Shown: piece by piece, positions 48,705 to 58,078 of the stretch
Layout of the letters: each line of letters begins with the position of its first letter
Numbering within the stretch: the stretch's first letter is position 1
Assembly: GCA_040386535.1 (NCBI GenBank)
Contig: JAZKFH010000019.1
Coordinates: 96,001-160,000 of the forward strand
Source of the DNA: Myxococcota bacterium
GTDB lineage: Bacteria > Myxococcota_A > UBA796 > SXON01
Direction: 5' to 3'
DNA length: 64,000 nucleotides
Position numbers and translations under genes: made by a program
The notes under the pieces: generated by a model
What the model was told of the DNA's origin: nothing
Seen by the model: the letters and a program-made list of their open reading frames with translations, nothing else
Databases searched by the model: none

Positions 48705-50999
48705 TCAGCTGGCGGCGGGCTCGGTGCTGCCGGTGGAGCGGCGGCCCCGACGGCCCCCGCGACGGCGGCGCTTGCGCTCCGCGTCGGGCGAGTCGTCGCC
48801 GTCGGCCGGGGCGTCGTCGCCGCCCTCGATCTCCGGCTCGTCGACCGGCGCGGCGGCGATCGGCGCGTCGGCCACGACCTCCGCGGCCTTCTTGGGGGCG
48901 CGGGGCTTGCGGGGGCGCTTGGCCTCCGCGGGGGCGTCGACGGTCTCCTCGGGCGCGGAGATGGCCGACGCTGCTACTTCGACGACGGGGGCGACGGCCG
49001 GCGTCTCGACGGGGGCGGGTTCGGCCTTGGCACGCTCGCTCTTGGGGCGATCGCCCCGGGGGCGCTCGGACCGGGCACGCTCGGCCCGGGCGGGCTCGGG
49101 CGTGCGCTCGACGGGAGCCAGCTCGGCGTCGACCAGGTCGGCCACGCGGGCGGCGGGCACGTCCTCTACGCTGGTCGTTCCGCCGTGGGCGGGCGCGACC
49201 AGAGCCAACGCGGCGGGGTGCACCTCGGGCCAGCCGATCTCGGCGGCGGGCGCGCCACCACCACGGCGGCCGCGGTCGCCCCTACGGCCTCCGCCGTCCG
49301 GACGGTCGCCCCTGCGTTCGTCGCGCGGCTCGTCACGGCGCGGCTCGTCCCGCCGGGGCTCGTCCCGACGCGGTTCGTCCCGCCGGGGCTCGTCCCGGCG
49401 ACCGCGGCGCCCATCCGTCGGCCGGGTGTCGGCCAGCTGGGCCTCCCCGTTCCGGGCGTCGCCGCTTCGGACGTCGCTGCGCACATCACCGCCGCGGCCG
49501 TTGCCGTTTCGGGCATCGACATGGCGCTCGGTCGACTCGCCGTTCACGACGGGGGCGGCCTCGGGGGCGCGCTCCTGGGCTCGCTCGTGGTCGCGCTCAC
49601 GGTCCCGACGGGGCGCTTCGGACACACGGTCGCGCCCACGCTTGGGGGCGGCCTCCGCGTTCTCGCGGTTGCGCTTGGGAGCGGCCTCGGCGGCGGCGCC
49701 CTCGGCGCTGAGGGCCTCGCCGTCCTTGCCGACGAACAGCTCGGTGAGCACGGCGTCGTCGGGGTTCTCGCCGCGGGCGACGAGGGCGCGCAGGCCGGCG
49801 GCGTGCAGGTCGTCGACGAGCTGCGTGGCGGACTCGGGCGCGATGAACGCGGCCGTGGTGGCGCGGGCGGCCTCCCCATTGGGATGGATCAAGAGGCCGG
49901 CGCGGAGGAGCGCGTGCGCCACGGCCTTCACCGTGCGGGGCGCGATGTCGGGCGACTCCTGCTTGCAACGGCGCAAGAGGTCACCGAGCACGAACTGGAT
50001 GGCGCAGGTGCGGTTGCGACGCGCGCGCTCTGCGCACGTGGCCACGAACTGCTCGACGATGATGCGGCGCTCGCGCGGCTCCCCGATCTCCAGACCCGCC
50101 TCGGCGAGCATTCCCTGCAGGCGGCGCGCGTCGGGCCCGAGGGTCCGGGGCGCCTGGCGCTGCTGGGCGGGCTCTTCGTGGGTGCTCTGCGGAAGGTCGA
50201 CCCTCACGCCGCCAGCGCGATCGTCCTTGGAGAGGGCCACAAGGCCCTTCTGCGCGGCAGTCTCGAGGAAACGCGCGAACGTGCGCATGCCGAGGTCGAC
50301 CTCCGAGAAGGTCGGCTCCTTGCGCTTCATGGACGCCTTGAGCACGCTGGCGTGCACGGGCGCCGGTTCGTCGCGCTGGTGATTCTCCAGCGTCTCCACG
50401 AGGAGCTCGAACGCCTCGTCGAGCGTCAGGCCCTCCTCCTCTTCGGTCTCCTCGGCGGCGGCGGCGGCGGCCGCGGCCGGGGTGCTCGGGAGCGCGACCG
50501 GCGCCGGCTTGGGCGGGCGGAGCGGCTCCAGGCGCGACTCGTTGCGCAGCGTGTCGTAGAAGAAGAACTCGTCACACGTCTCGGCGATGAGTCGGCTCGT
50601 GGAGCCGCGCGTGCCGCAGCCGATGACGCGCTTGTTGAGCTCCTTGAGGCGCATCACGAGCGGCGTGAAGTCGCTGTCTCCGGAGAGGATGACGAAGGTG
50701 TCGATGAAGTTGCGGGTGAACGCGAGCTCCATCGCGTCGACCACGAGCGCGATGTCCGCCCGGTTCTTCGACTGCATCCCGTGGCTGGTGAGCTCCACCA
50801 TCGTCACGCCTTCGTGCACCAGATCGAGCTTGAAGCGGTTCCACCGGCCCCAGTCCGCGAAGGACCGCGCCACGGAGATGCGCCCCTTGTCCTTGAGCCG
50901 CCGCATCACGATGCGGATGTCGAAGCGGCCGAGGCCCTCTTTCTCGCAGCCGGTGGCGATGTTTTCGAAGTCGATCAGGACGGCGAGATTGCGTTCCAA
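48705..50999 (-). CDS. NYN (PIN-like) ribonuclease with LOTUS/OST-HTH domain and long disordered C-terminus (TTG start inferred)
   Basis: VLIDFEN, KNRADIALVVDA, SGDSDFTPL, CDEFFFYD; LKASMKRKEPTFSEVDLGMRTFARFLE. Confidence 0.85.
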   Translation of the reverse strand: MERNLAVLIDFENIATGCEKEGLGRFDIRIVMRRLKDKGRISVARSFADWGRWNRFKLDLVHEGVTMVELTSHGMQSKNRADIALVVDAMELAFTRNFIDTFVILSGDSDFTPLVMRLKELNKRVIGCGTRGSTSRLIAETCDEFFFYDTLRNESRLEPLRPPKPAPVALPSTPAAAAAAAAEETEEEEGLTLDEAFELLVETLENHQRDEPAPVHASVLKASMKRKEPTFSEVDLGMRTFARFLETAAQKGLVALSKDDRAGGVRVDLPQSTHEEPAQQRQAPRTLGPDARRLQGMLAEAGLEIGEPRERRIIVEQFVATCAERARRNRTCAIQFVLGDLLRRCKQESPDIAPRTVKAVAHALLRAGLLIHPNGEAARATTAAFIAPESATQLVDDLHAAGLRALVARGENPDDAVLTELFVGKDGEALSAEGAAAEAAPKRNRENAEAAPKRGRDRVSEAPRRDRERDHERAQERAPEAAPVVNGESTERHVDARNGNGRGGDVRSDVRSGDARNGEAQLADTRPTDGRRGRRDEPRRDEPRRDEPRRDEPRRDEPRDERRGDRPDGGGRRGDRGRRGGGAPAAEIGWPEVHPAALALVAPAHGGTTSVEDVPAARVADLVDAELAPVERTPEPARAERARSERPRGDRPKSERAKAEPAPVETPAVAPVVEVAASAISAPEETVDAPAEAKRPRKPRAPKKAAEVVADAPIAAAPVDEPEIEGGDDAPADGDDSPDAERKRRRRGGRRGRRSTGSTEPAAS
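49326..49400 (-). repeat. Coding tandem repeat 5 x 15 bp (RRDEP)
   Basis: Five RRDEP units in the NYN protein tail. Confidence 0.85.
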
Positions 51000-51148
51000 G
51001 GAGGATCCAGTGCGGGGAGGGGGCCTAACGCAACAGAGCCCCGGGTGCGTGGCCCACAGTACGAAAGGCGTCGCCTTCGGCGTCGATCGGCGCATCCCCG
51101 CGTCCGTCCGCCGTCGCGGTCGAGCGCCGGCCGCAATAAGCGGGCCGG

Positions 51149-51958
51149 ATGTCCACCACCTTCGCGGGAACGCCCCGCTACATCGCGGACGACGGCCTGC
51201 TGGCCGACGTCAACGCCGCCATCGTCCTCGGCCGCCCCCTCCTCGTGAAGGGGGAGCCCGGCACCGGCAAGACCGTGCTCGCCGCGGCCGTCGCCGAGGC
51301 GCTCGGGATGCCGCTGTACACCTGGACCATCAAGTCCACCACCAAGGCGGTCGACGGCCTGTACCACTACGACGTGGTCCAGCGCCTGAACGACGCGCGC
51401 TTCGGCGAGGGGGACGTAAAGGACATCCGCCGGTACATCCGCATGGGCGTGTTGGGGCAGGCCTTCGGCGCCGACAGCCGTGTCGTCGTGCTCATCGACG
51501 AGATCGACAAGGCCGATCTCGAGTTCCCGAACGACATGTTGCGCGAGCTCGACGAGATGGTGTTCCACATCCCCGAGCTCGACGAGACCGTCAAGGCCAA
51601 GCACCGGCCCATCGTCATCATCACGTCGAACGCCGAGAAGGAGCTGCCCGACGCGTTCCTGCGCCGCTGCGTGTTCCACTACATCGCGTTCCCCGACCGT
51701 GAGCGGATGCGCAAGATCGTCGACGTGCATCTCCCCGATCTCTCCGAGAAGCTCATCGAGAGCGCATTCCAGCGCTTCTACGGCCTCCGCCGGCTCGACG
51801 GCATTCGCAAGAAGCCCTCTACCAGCGAGCTCGTCGATTGGTTGTCGGTCCTGGCGCGCGCGGGTATTCCCCCCGAGGAGCTCGCCGCCAAACTTCCGTT
51901 CCCCGGCATCCTGCTCAAGCAGGAGCAGGATCTCGAGTTGGCGAAGGCGCGTCGGTGA
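51149..51958 (+). CDS. MoxR-family AAA+ ATPase
   Basis: LLVKGEPGTGKT, LIDEIDKAD, TSNAEKELPDAFLRRC. Confidence 0.93.
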   Translation: MSTTFAGTPRYIADDGLLADVNAAIVLGRPLLVKGEPGTGKTVLAAAVAEALGMPLYTWTIKSTTKAVDGLYHYDVVQRLNDARFGEGDVKDIRRYIRMGVLGQAFGADSRVVVLIDEIDKADLEFPNDMLRELDEMVFHIPELDETVKAKHRPIVIITSNAEKELPDAFLRRCVFHYIAFPDRERMRKIVDVHLPDLSEKLIESAFQRFYGLRRLDGIRKKPSTSELVDWLSVLARAGIPPEELAAKLPFPGILLKQEQDLELAKARR

Positions 51959-53115
51959 TCCTGCTCAACCTCCTCTTCAACCTGCGCTCGCAGGGCCTCG
52001 GGGTGGGGTTGGGCGAGTGGATCGCCTTCCTGCGCGGCCTGTCCTCGGGGCTCGTGGAGGACCTCGACGGCCTCTACTACCTTGCCCGTGCGGTGCTGGT
52101 ACACAGCGAGGCCCACTACGACGCTTTCGATCTGGCGTTCACCGCCACGTTCAAGGGTGTCGAGTTGCCACCCAAGTTGAAGGACGCGATCTGGGAGTGG
52201 CTGCAGGATCCCAAGTTGGGGGAGGGGGAGCGCGTTCCCGGCGAGTACGAGAGTTGGGAGCAGCTCCAGGAGGAGCTCAAGAAGCGGCTCGACGAGCAGA
52301 AGGAGCGCCACGACGGCGGCAACAAGTGGGTCGGTACGGGCGGCGCCTCGCCGTTCGGCCATTCGGGCCGGAACGACCAGGGAATCCGTGTGGGCGGCGA
52401 GAGCAAGGGCCGCGGCGCGGTCCAGGTGGCCCAGGAGCGGCGCTGGGGCGAGTACCGCACCGACATGACGCTCTCCGTGCGCGACTTCAAGGTGGCGCTC
52501 TCCATGCTGCGAAACCTCGCGCGCGAGGGCCGCGAGGAGCTCGACCTCGACGGCACGATCGACAAGACCGCCAAGGGCGGCGGCGAGATCGACCTTCACT
52601 TCGCCAAGGAGCGGGTCAACCGCGTACACCTCGTCCTCCTGATGGACGTGGGCGGCTCCATGGAGCCCCACGCCGCGCTCGTGTCCCGCCTGTTCACGGC
52701 GGCCAAGGAGATGAAGGTCTTCAAGACCTTCGAGGCGCTCTACTTCCACAACGCCCCCTACCGCTTCGTCTACAAGAGCTACGCCACCTACGAGCGCCGC
52801 CTGACCGCCGATGTCATCCGCGATCTGACACCGCAGCACCGCGTGATCTTCGTGGGCGACGCCTCCATGGCCCCCTGGGAGCTCTTCAACACCGGTTTCG
52901 GCGATCCCGGGCCGAGCGGCCTCGATTGGATCCAACGTTTCTCCCGCAAGGCACCGGCCAGCGTGTGGCTCAACCCCGATCCCGCCCGCCACTGGGACCA
53001 TCCCACCGTGCGCGCCATCGGCAACGCTGTGCCCATGTTCCACCTCTCGGTCGCCGGGCTCCGGGGCGCCATCCGCAAGCTCCGCGCAGGTGGAACGCCG
53101 GGTGTAGGAGCCTGA
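51955..53115 (+). CDS. VWA-domain protein (CoxE-like partner of MoxR)
   Basis: HDGGNKWVGTGG.SPFG, LLMDVGGSM, YFHN, FVGDASMAP, WLNP; GTGA overlap. Confidence 0.9.
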   Translation: MILLNLLFNLRSQGLGVGLGEWIAFLRGLSSGLVEDLDGLYYLARAVLVHSEAHYDAFDLAFTATFKGVELPPKLKDAIWEWLQDPKLGEGERVPGEYESWEQLQEELKKRLDEQKERHDGGNKWVGTGGASPFGHSGRNDQGIRVGGESKGRGAVQVAQERRWGEYRTDMTLSVRDFKVALSMLRNLAREGREELDLDGTIDKTAKGGGEIDLHFAKERVNRVHLVLLMDVGGSMEPHAALVSRLFTAAKEMKVFKTFEALYFHNAPYRFVYKSYATYERRLTADVIRDLTPQHRVIFVGDASMAPWELFNTGFGDPGPSGLDWIQRFSRKAPASVWLNPDPARHWDHPTVRAIGNAVPMFHLSVAGLRGAIRKLRAGGTPGVGA

Positions 53116-53167
53116 TCGCCGTCCGGGTGGCGGTCGGCGAGGGGATCGGTTAGAGGGCAGAGGTCTT

Positions 53168-53240
53168 TGGGGCGTCGACAAGCTGGTAAGTCAGCGGATT
53201 TTGATTCCGCCTATCGTAGGTTCGAATCCTACCGCCCCAA
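53168..53240 (+). tRNA. tRNA-Gln (anticodon TTG), CCA not encoded
   Basis: Acceptor TGGGGCG/CGCCCCA; D-loop TGGTAA; anticodon arm GCGGA-TTTTGAT-TCCGC; T arm GTAGG-TTCGAAT-CCTAC. Confidence 0.95.
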
Positions 53241-53246
53241 CACCTT

Positions 53247-53273
53247 AGATAGCCGGTTTAACGCCGGATATCT
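53247..53273. other. Hairpin just downstream of tRNA (att-associated or terminator-like)
   Basis: AGATAGCCGG-TTTAACG-CCGGATATCT, 10-bp stem with one mismatch. Confidence 0.45.
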
Positions 53274-53334
53274 CGTCATTCAGCCCGGATGTGGCCACAT
53301 CTTGTGGCCGCTTGCTCCCGGCGGCGTTCGTGCG

Positions 53335-54540
53335 TTACGACGCGGCTTCGGGCGGCCCCAACAGCGCGACCCAGGGCTTCGCGCTCCCAGGCGCGAGGTG
53401 GGCGTACCGCTCGGTCATGCGGATCGTGGAGTGCCCGAGCTGGTCTTGGACGTGCCTGAGGGGCGCGCCGAGCATCACGAGCTGGCTGGCGAACGAGTGC
53501 CGCATCCCGTGAATCCCGATGTCGCGCAGTCCGGACGCGCTGGTGATCCGCTCCCAGGAGTGCAGCAGCGTCTCGCGCCGGAGCGGCGTGCCGTCCGCCC
53601 GCTGAAAGACCCGCTCCCCAGGGTGGCGGATACCCGAGAGCACCGCGCCTGCATCGGGGGCCAGCTCGACGAACCTCGATTTCCCGGACTTCGGCGTCGT
53701 CTCCACATTGGCGACGCGAACCTCACCGGCCTCGTCCCGCTCCGCGCCGCGAGTGATGGAGGTGCGCACCTTGATCCGCCCCTGGGCCAGCTCCAAGTTC
53801 GCCCAGCGGAGGGCGAACAGTTCCCCCTGGCGCAGGCCGGAGCGGAAGCCGAGAAGATAGAATGGATACCAGCGCGGTTCGATGATCCGGCACGTCGCAA
53901 GCCAGTGGTTGCACTCCTCCGCGGTGTAGAAGTCGAAGTCGGGTGCCGCCGCCTGCAACTTCGCCGCGCCCTTGCAGAAGTTGTGCGGAATGTGCCTCAG
54001 CCTCGCCGCGTACGAGAGCAACGAGGAGAGGCACGCGAACGTCTCGTTGAGCCACTTCGCGGCTGCCGGCTTGCCCGGACGCGTCCGCGCCTTGGCCCCC
54101 GTCCCGAACGTGCGGTTGACGGTGTGGGTCGTGGCCCAGGGAAGGTACCCATCCACCCGCTCCGCCGTGATCGCGTCGAGACGAAGCTCGCCGAAGTAGG
54201 GCATCAGCCATTCCCTGACGATCACGAGGTAAAGTCGATAGGTGCTCGGCTTTCTGTGCACACGGACGTGATCGGCCAACCAGCGTCCCGCGTAGGCGCT
54301 GAACCGCTCGGGGTCAACGCGGACGGCTTCGGAAGCGGCCGAGGATGCCCGGCGCGCCGTGTCCGCCGCGATCTCCTTCTCCGTTTCCACCCGGAGCACC
54401 CGCTCCGCGGCATCGGCCTCCCGCTGGCTGCGGAGGTTTCCCTCCAGTTTCAGCCGGACGCGCCGTGTCCCGGACGGCGCCAATGGGTCCTTGACCCGGA
54501 AGTTGCTGTACCACCCGTCCGGGCGTTCGTAGGCTGCCAT
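53335..54540 (-). CDS. Tyrosine recombinase / phage-type integrase
   Basis: SGLRQGELFAL.W (R), TPKSGK (K), HGMRHSFAS (HxxR), LGHS (H), TERYAH (Y); GGAGA RBS. Confidence 0.95.
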   Translation of the reverse strand: MAAYERPDGWYSNFRVKDPLAPSGTRRVRLKLEGNLRSQREADAAERVLRVETEKEIAADTARRASSAASEAVRVDPERFSAYAGRWLADHVRVHRKPSTYRLYLVIVREWLMPYFGELRLDAITAERVDGYLPWATTHTVNRTFGTGAKARTRPGKPAAAKWLNETFACLSSLLSYAARLRHIPHNFCKGAAKLQAAAPDFDFYTAEECNHWLATCRIIEPRWYPFYLLGFRSGLRQGELFALRWANLELAQGRIKVRTSITRGAERDEAGEVRVANVETTPKSGKSRFVELAPDAGAVLSGIRHPGERVFQRADGTPLRRETLLHSWERITSASGLRDIGIHGMRHSFASQLVMLGAPLRHVQDQLGHSTIRMTERYAHLAPGSAKPWVALLGPPEAAS

Positions 54541-55081
54541 TCGTGATCTCCATCTGTTGGTGTGTCCATTGTACAAGGGCCGCCAGGTCGAACCGGAGAG
54601 GGCGAGTCAGGTGCGGAACCTCCCCGTTCGCGGCCAGCGTGTAGAGGCGTGTCTTGCTGACGCCGAGGAGATCCATGGCCGCGCGGTAGCGGATCCACTC
54701 AAACGGCTTGCTCGGCGGGTGGGGCGCATGCGGAACGTCGGTGCCTCCGACGGTGGTGGAAGTGCCGGGAGGCACGTCGCGCACAGCGCCCCGGTCGCTC
54801 ACGGTCCGGTCTCCGGACGGTTCCGCGAGCGCAGGCGGGGCCGCCTGCTCGCTCAGCGTCGCGCCGCCGCTGCTTGCGGCCCAGGGGTGCGTGACGAGCG
54901 GGCGTACCTGCACGTCCACCAAGCCAGAGGCGACCTCCAGATCGGCGGCGGCGTGAGCCCGCGACCGGGCATCGTGACGGCCGTGGCCACCGTGAGGGGT
55001 TCCCGCATCGTTCCCGACGCCCGAGGGGCCATAGATATTGACGCACGGCGGATCCCGCCGTGCGTCGTTTGCGTCCGCCAT
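54314..55081 (-). CDS. ORF containing excisionase/AlpA-like HTH (true boundaries uncertain)
   Basis: WIRYRAAMDLLGVSKTRLYTLAANGEVP...RFDLAALVQW at ~54550-54705; GGGAG RBS before ATG 55081. Confidence 0.55.
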   Translation of the reverse strand: MADANDARRDPPCVNIYGPSGVGNDAGTPHGGHGRHDARSRAHAAADLEVASGLVDVQVRPLVTHPWAASSGGATLSEQAAPPALAEPSGDRTVSDRGAVRDVPPGTSTTVGGTDVPHAPHPPSKPFEWIRYRAAMDLLGVSKTRLYTLAANGEVPHLTRPLRFDLAALVQWTHQQMEITNGSLRTPGRVVQQLPGQGPIGAVRDTARPAETGGKPPQPAGGRCRGAGAPGGNGEGDRGGHGAPGILGRFRSRPR

Positions 55082-55581
55082 GTCTTCGCTCCCGACCGCG
55101 AAGCCACGCTATGACGTTGGCTTGTTAGGCGTCAATGCGGCGCCTCTACTATTTGCCAGATGTTGGAACAACCTATGTTATTCCGCGCTCCGAATATCAG
55201 ATCGCACGCTTGGTGTCACGAAAGCGACCAAACGGAGCGAAAGTCGGTTTGCGCATGGAACGAATGGAGCGCGCTCCGTTGCCCGCGCTTCATTCCATCG
55301 CGCACGGCAGGGGCTACCGTTCATGGCGGATAAAGCGGATGCGAACGCCGACTCATACCCGACGCTGATACGGAATGACCCAAATGTTGATGTGCGGACC
55401 TTGGCGCGCATCTGTGCCCCGAGTAGGTTTCCGTCACGTAGGGGGTTGCATGTCTCACTGCCCTGACCGGGAGGCTGTCGCGCCGCGCTTGCTTTCCGCC
55501 CAAGGAGCGCCTCATGATCACTCTTTCCTCGGCCTCCGCGAGCAGGCGATCAGGCTGGGCCTGATCCCGGAGCCTGGCCGC

Positions 55582-57351
55582 CTACCTCGCGGCGCCCCGA
55601 CCGCAACATCCTTTGTAGTTACGACCGCTTCCGCATGTGCACGGTCCGTTTCGCGCTATCCGGCGGATCACCTTGGACGGGTTCGAGGGGGCGCCGGGCC
55701 GCGGCGCGTGACCGCTGTCCGCGGCGGGGTGAAACATGAGCGGGCCCGTAGCGGTCCATCGGACCGGAAAGGTCGGCATCACCGAGAGGATCAGCGAGAC
55801 GTCGTCTTGCGTTGCCGGACCCTGGGAGGGAGATCCTCCCTGAACGCGTACGAGCGCGTCCAGGACCTCACCCATCATGGGCCACGCTTGCTCGCCCGGT
55901 CCAAAGATAAGCCAGACGCCGGCTTGTAGAACCATCCCGAAAAGGTTGTCGTAGTCCTCCGGGCGGGGAAGCGCTCCGGGGCCCGCCCGCAGGCGCCGCG
56001 CACCCTCATCGCGGATCCGCCGGATGTGCTGTAGCGCTTCGGTTCTGTCCCCGGCGTTCTCGTCCTGGTTGAGGGCGCGGATCAGAAGGGCACCGATGGC
56101 AAAGACGTCCCACGTCGCCGGATCCGCACGCAGAAGCCGGGCAGAAATCAGGATCAGCGCCGAGAAAACCTCCATGTCCGCAGCGGTTCGAAGTGCTCCT
56201 TCCGCTCGATCGATCTCGCCTCGGGATTCGAGGAGGAGATACTCGACCCACCAGGCGGGCCCGGCGCCCCCGACCTTCGCCCGCTCGATCAAGGCCAGGA
56301 TTTCGCGGCCAACGGCATCTATACGCGCATCCGGGAGCAGGAGGAGGGCGAGGTTGGCGTGCGCCAGGGGGTATCCCGCCTCGGAGGCTCGACGGGCGTA
56401 CGCGACCGCCGTGGCGTGATCGACCTCTACACCGATGCCGTTCCCGAAGATCATGGTCAGGAGGTTGAGAGCGCCGGGGTGCTCCGCCTCGGCCGCACGC
56501 TCAGCCCACCCCCGCGCCTCGGCCGGATCGCGCGGTACGAGGTTGGGGCCGCGCTCTTCGAGCAACAACACGGCGAGCTTGTACTGAGCGTCCGCCTGCC
56601 CGGCCTCGGCTGCCCAGCGGAGCTGCTGGATGGCCTCGTCGGTCTTCTCATCGAGCGGCAAGTCGAAGAGCAGGAGATTGGCGCGCTCGAACAGCGCGTC
56701 GGGATTGCTCTCATGCTCCAACGCTTGCTCAAACCATCGTAGCGCCGCGTTGAACGGCGACAAATCGAGCTGCCAGGAGCCTTCGCCCTCATGGCGGGCG
56801 CGGCGCTCAGCCTCGTCCCTTCCGCTTAGAGCCTGTTCCCGAAACCGTCTCCCGATCGCGATCATGGCGGAGGGATCGTCCTGAAAGACAGCGCGCTCGC
56901 AGACGTCGCCCCAGTGTACTGCGGGCGGCTCGACGAACGCGGCGAGCCGCCGCCGATCCGTGCCCGCGACCGCCTCCGCGTAGAGCCCGATTAGGCCGTA
57001 CAGCTTGTACAGGGCGTCGCGCGCCTCGGTGCGCGTGGGCGGGCGACCGGGACGCTGCTCCGGGTGGGCGCCCAGGTTCCCGGCGACGCGGATCTCGCGG
57101 AACACCGCCGCCGTTGGCTCGCTCAGCGCGAGCACGCCGACCAGGCGCCCCGTCTGCTCGGCCAGCGAGCAAGAGGTGCCCCGGTGGAGCTGACCCAGCC
57201 ACGCGTCTACCAGGGCGGCGAGCGCGGCGCGGATCTGCACGAGCGCGTGACCCGGGAGCAAGGCGCAAGCACGCTCGGCGTCGGTGTAGAGCGCGGCGAC
57301 GAGGGGCGGGGCCACCTCCAGGGCGGATCGGAGGGGCGGGGTGCTGGTCAT
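55582..57351 (-). CDS. DUF4145 (HEPN-like) + SEL1-like repeats + SEC-C Zn motif protein
   Basis: REIRVAGNLGAH (RxxGNxxAH); WAAEAGQADAQYKLA, AAEAEHPGALNLL, ASEAGYPLAHANLA; RNGPCTCGSGRNYKGCCG. Confidence 0.8.
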   Translation of the reverse strand: MTSTPPLRSALEVAPPLVAALYTDAERACALLPGHALVQIRAALAALVDAWLGQLHRGTSCSLAEQTGRLVGVLALSEPTAAVFREIRVAGNLGAHPEQRPGRPPTRTEARDALYKLYGLIGLYAEAVAGTDRRRLAAFVEPPAVHWGDVCERAVFQDDPSAMIAIGRRFREQALSGRDEAERRARHEGEGSWQLDLSPFNAALRWFEQALEHESNPDALFERANLLLFDLPLDEKTDEAIQQLRWAAEAGQADAQYKLAVLLLEERGPNLVPRDPAEARGWAERAAEAEHPGALNLLTMIFGNGIGVEVDHATAVAYARRASEAGYPLAHANLALLLLPDARIDAVGREILALIERAKVGGAGPAWWVEYLLLESRGEIDRAEGALRTAADMEVFSALILISARLLRADPATWDVFAIGALLIRALNQDENAGDRTEALQHIRRIRDEGARRLRAGPGALPRPEDYDNLFGMVLQAGVWLIFGPGEQAWPMMGEVLDALVRVQGGSPSQGPATQDDVSLILSVMPTFPVRWTATGPLMFHPAADSGHAPRPGAPSNPSKVIRRIARNGPCTCGSGRNYKGCCGRGAAR

Positions 57352-57883
57352 GGGATCCCGGAGCTCCGGCTAATACGGCTTAGCTGCGACGGTGATTCAA
57401 GGTGCACGCGCCTTTCCTCGGGCGCGGAGCGCCACCGGCGAAAACGGCGATCGACTTCCCCGGTGCGCTCGAGGGCTTCGTCCATTGCGCGTACGGCCGC
57501 GCCCAGCCCCCGTGGCGGCTCGGCGCCGTCTCGATTTCAAAGAGCCGCGACTTGAAGCGGATCGAATCAAGCGTAAAGCGATCATCATTTGCAGAGTGGT
57601 GCGTCGCGCGAAAGCAGAATCGAGCGATTGTGCACTCGGTGTCGCTTTCGATCAACCGCAGCAAAGCTCCGTTCACCGCCGACTATGCTGATATCAAGGC
57701 TCAAAAAAATGCCTTCACCGACCTATTTGAGTTGGACAGCCGATTTTCTCCCAACGCGCCCTCGTCGAGCGGGATCAATCGACTTGCACGCCCAGGGCCC
57801 CCGAGGCATTGGGGTTTTGCCGGTGGGCCGAGCGACCCACATCGTGTCGCTCACCCCCCACCCGGCCTTACCAGGGAGTAGTC

Positions 57884-58078
57884 ATGTACATCGTTGGACT
57901 CCGTTCTGCCGCCAGCAAGTCCGGTCACTCGCGCGAAACCTTCCGGCGTCGGGTGGTCCGCGGGGATCTTCCCGCCTACCGCGTAGGGCGCTTGCTGCTC
58001 TTCGACGCGGAGGAGTTGGATCGCTGGGCGCGTAGCTGCGCCGTCTCCACTGCCGGCCGTACTCAGCCGCCTGCGTAG
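57884..58078 (+). CDS. Small excisionase-like HTH protein
   Basis: GGGAG RBS; SRETFRRRVVRGDLPAYRVGRLLLFDAEELDRW. Confidence 0.75.
   Translation: MYIVGLRSAASKSGHSRETFRRRVVRGDLPAYRVGRLLLFDAEELDRWARSCAVSTAGRTQPPA

Noticed and set aside
48724..50382. 552-aa Ser/Arg-rich + strand ORF with RRGSS repeats
   Set aside because: Reverse-frame shadow of the NYN gene's RRDEP tail.
57380..57881. Several short ORFs in the A/T-richer gap of the element
   Set aside because: No RBS or motif support; more likely a divergent promoter region.
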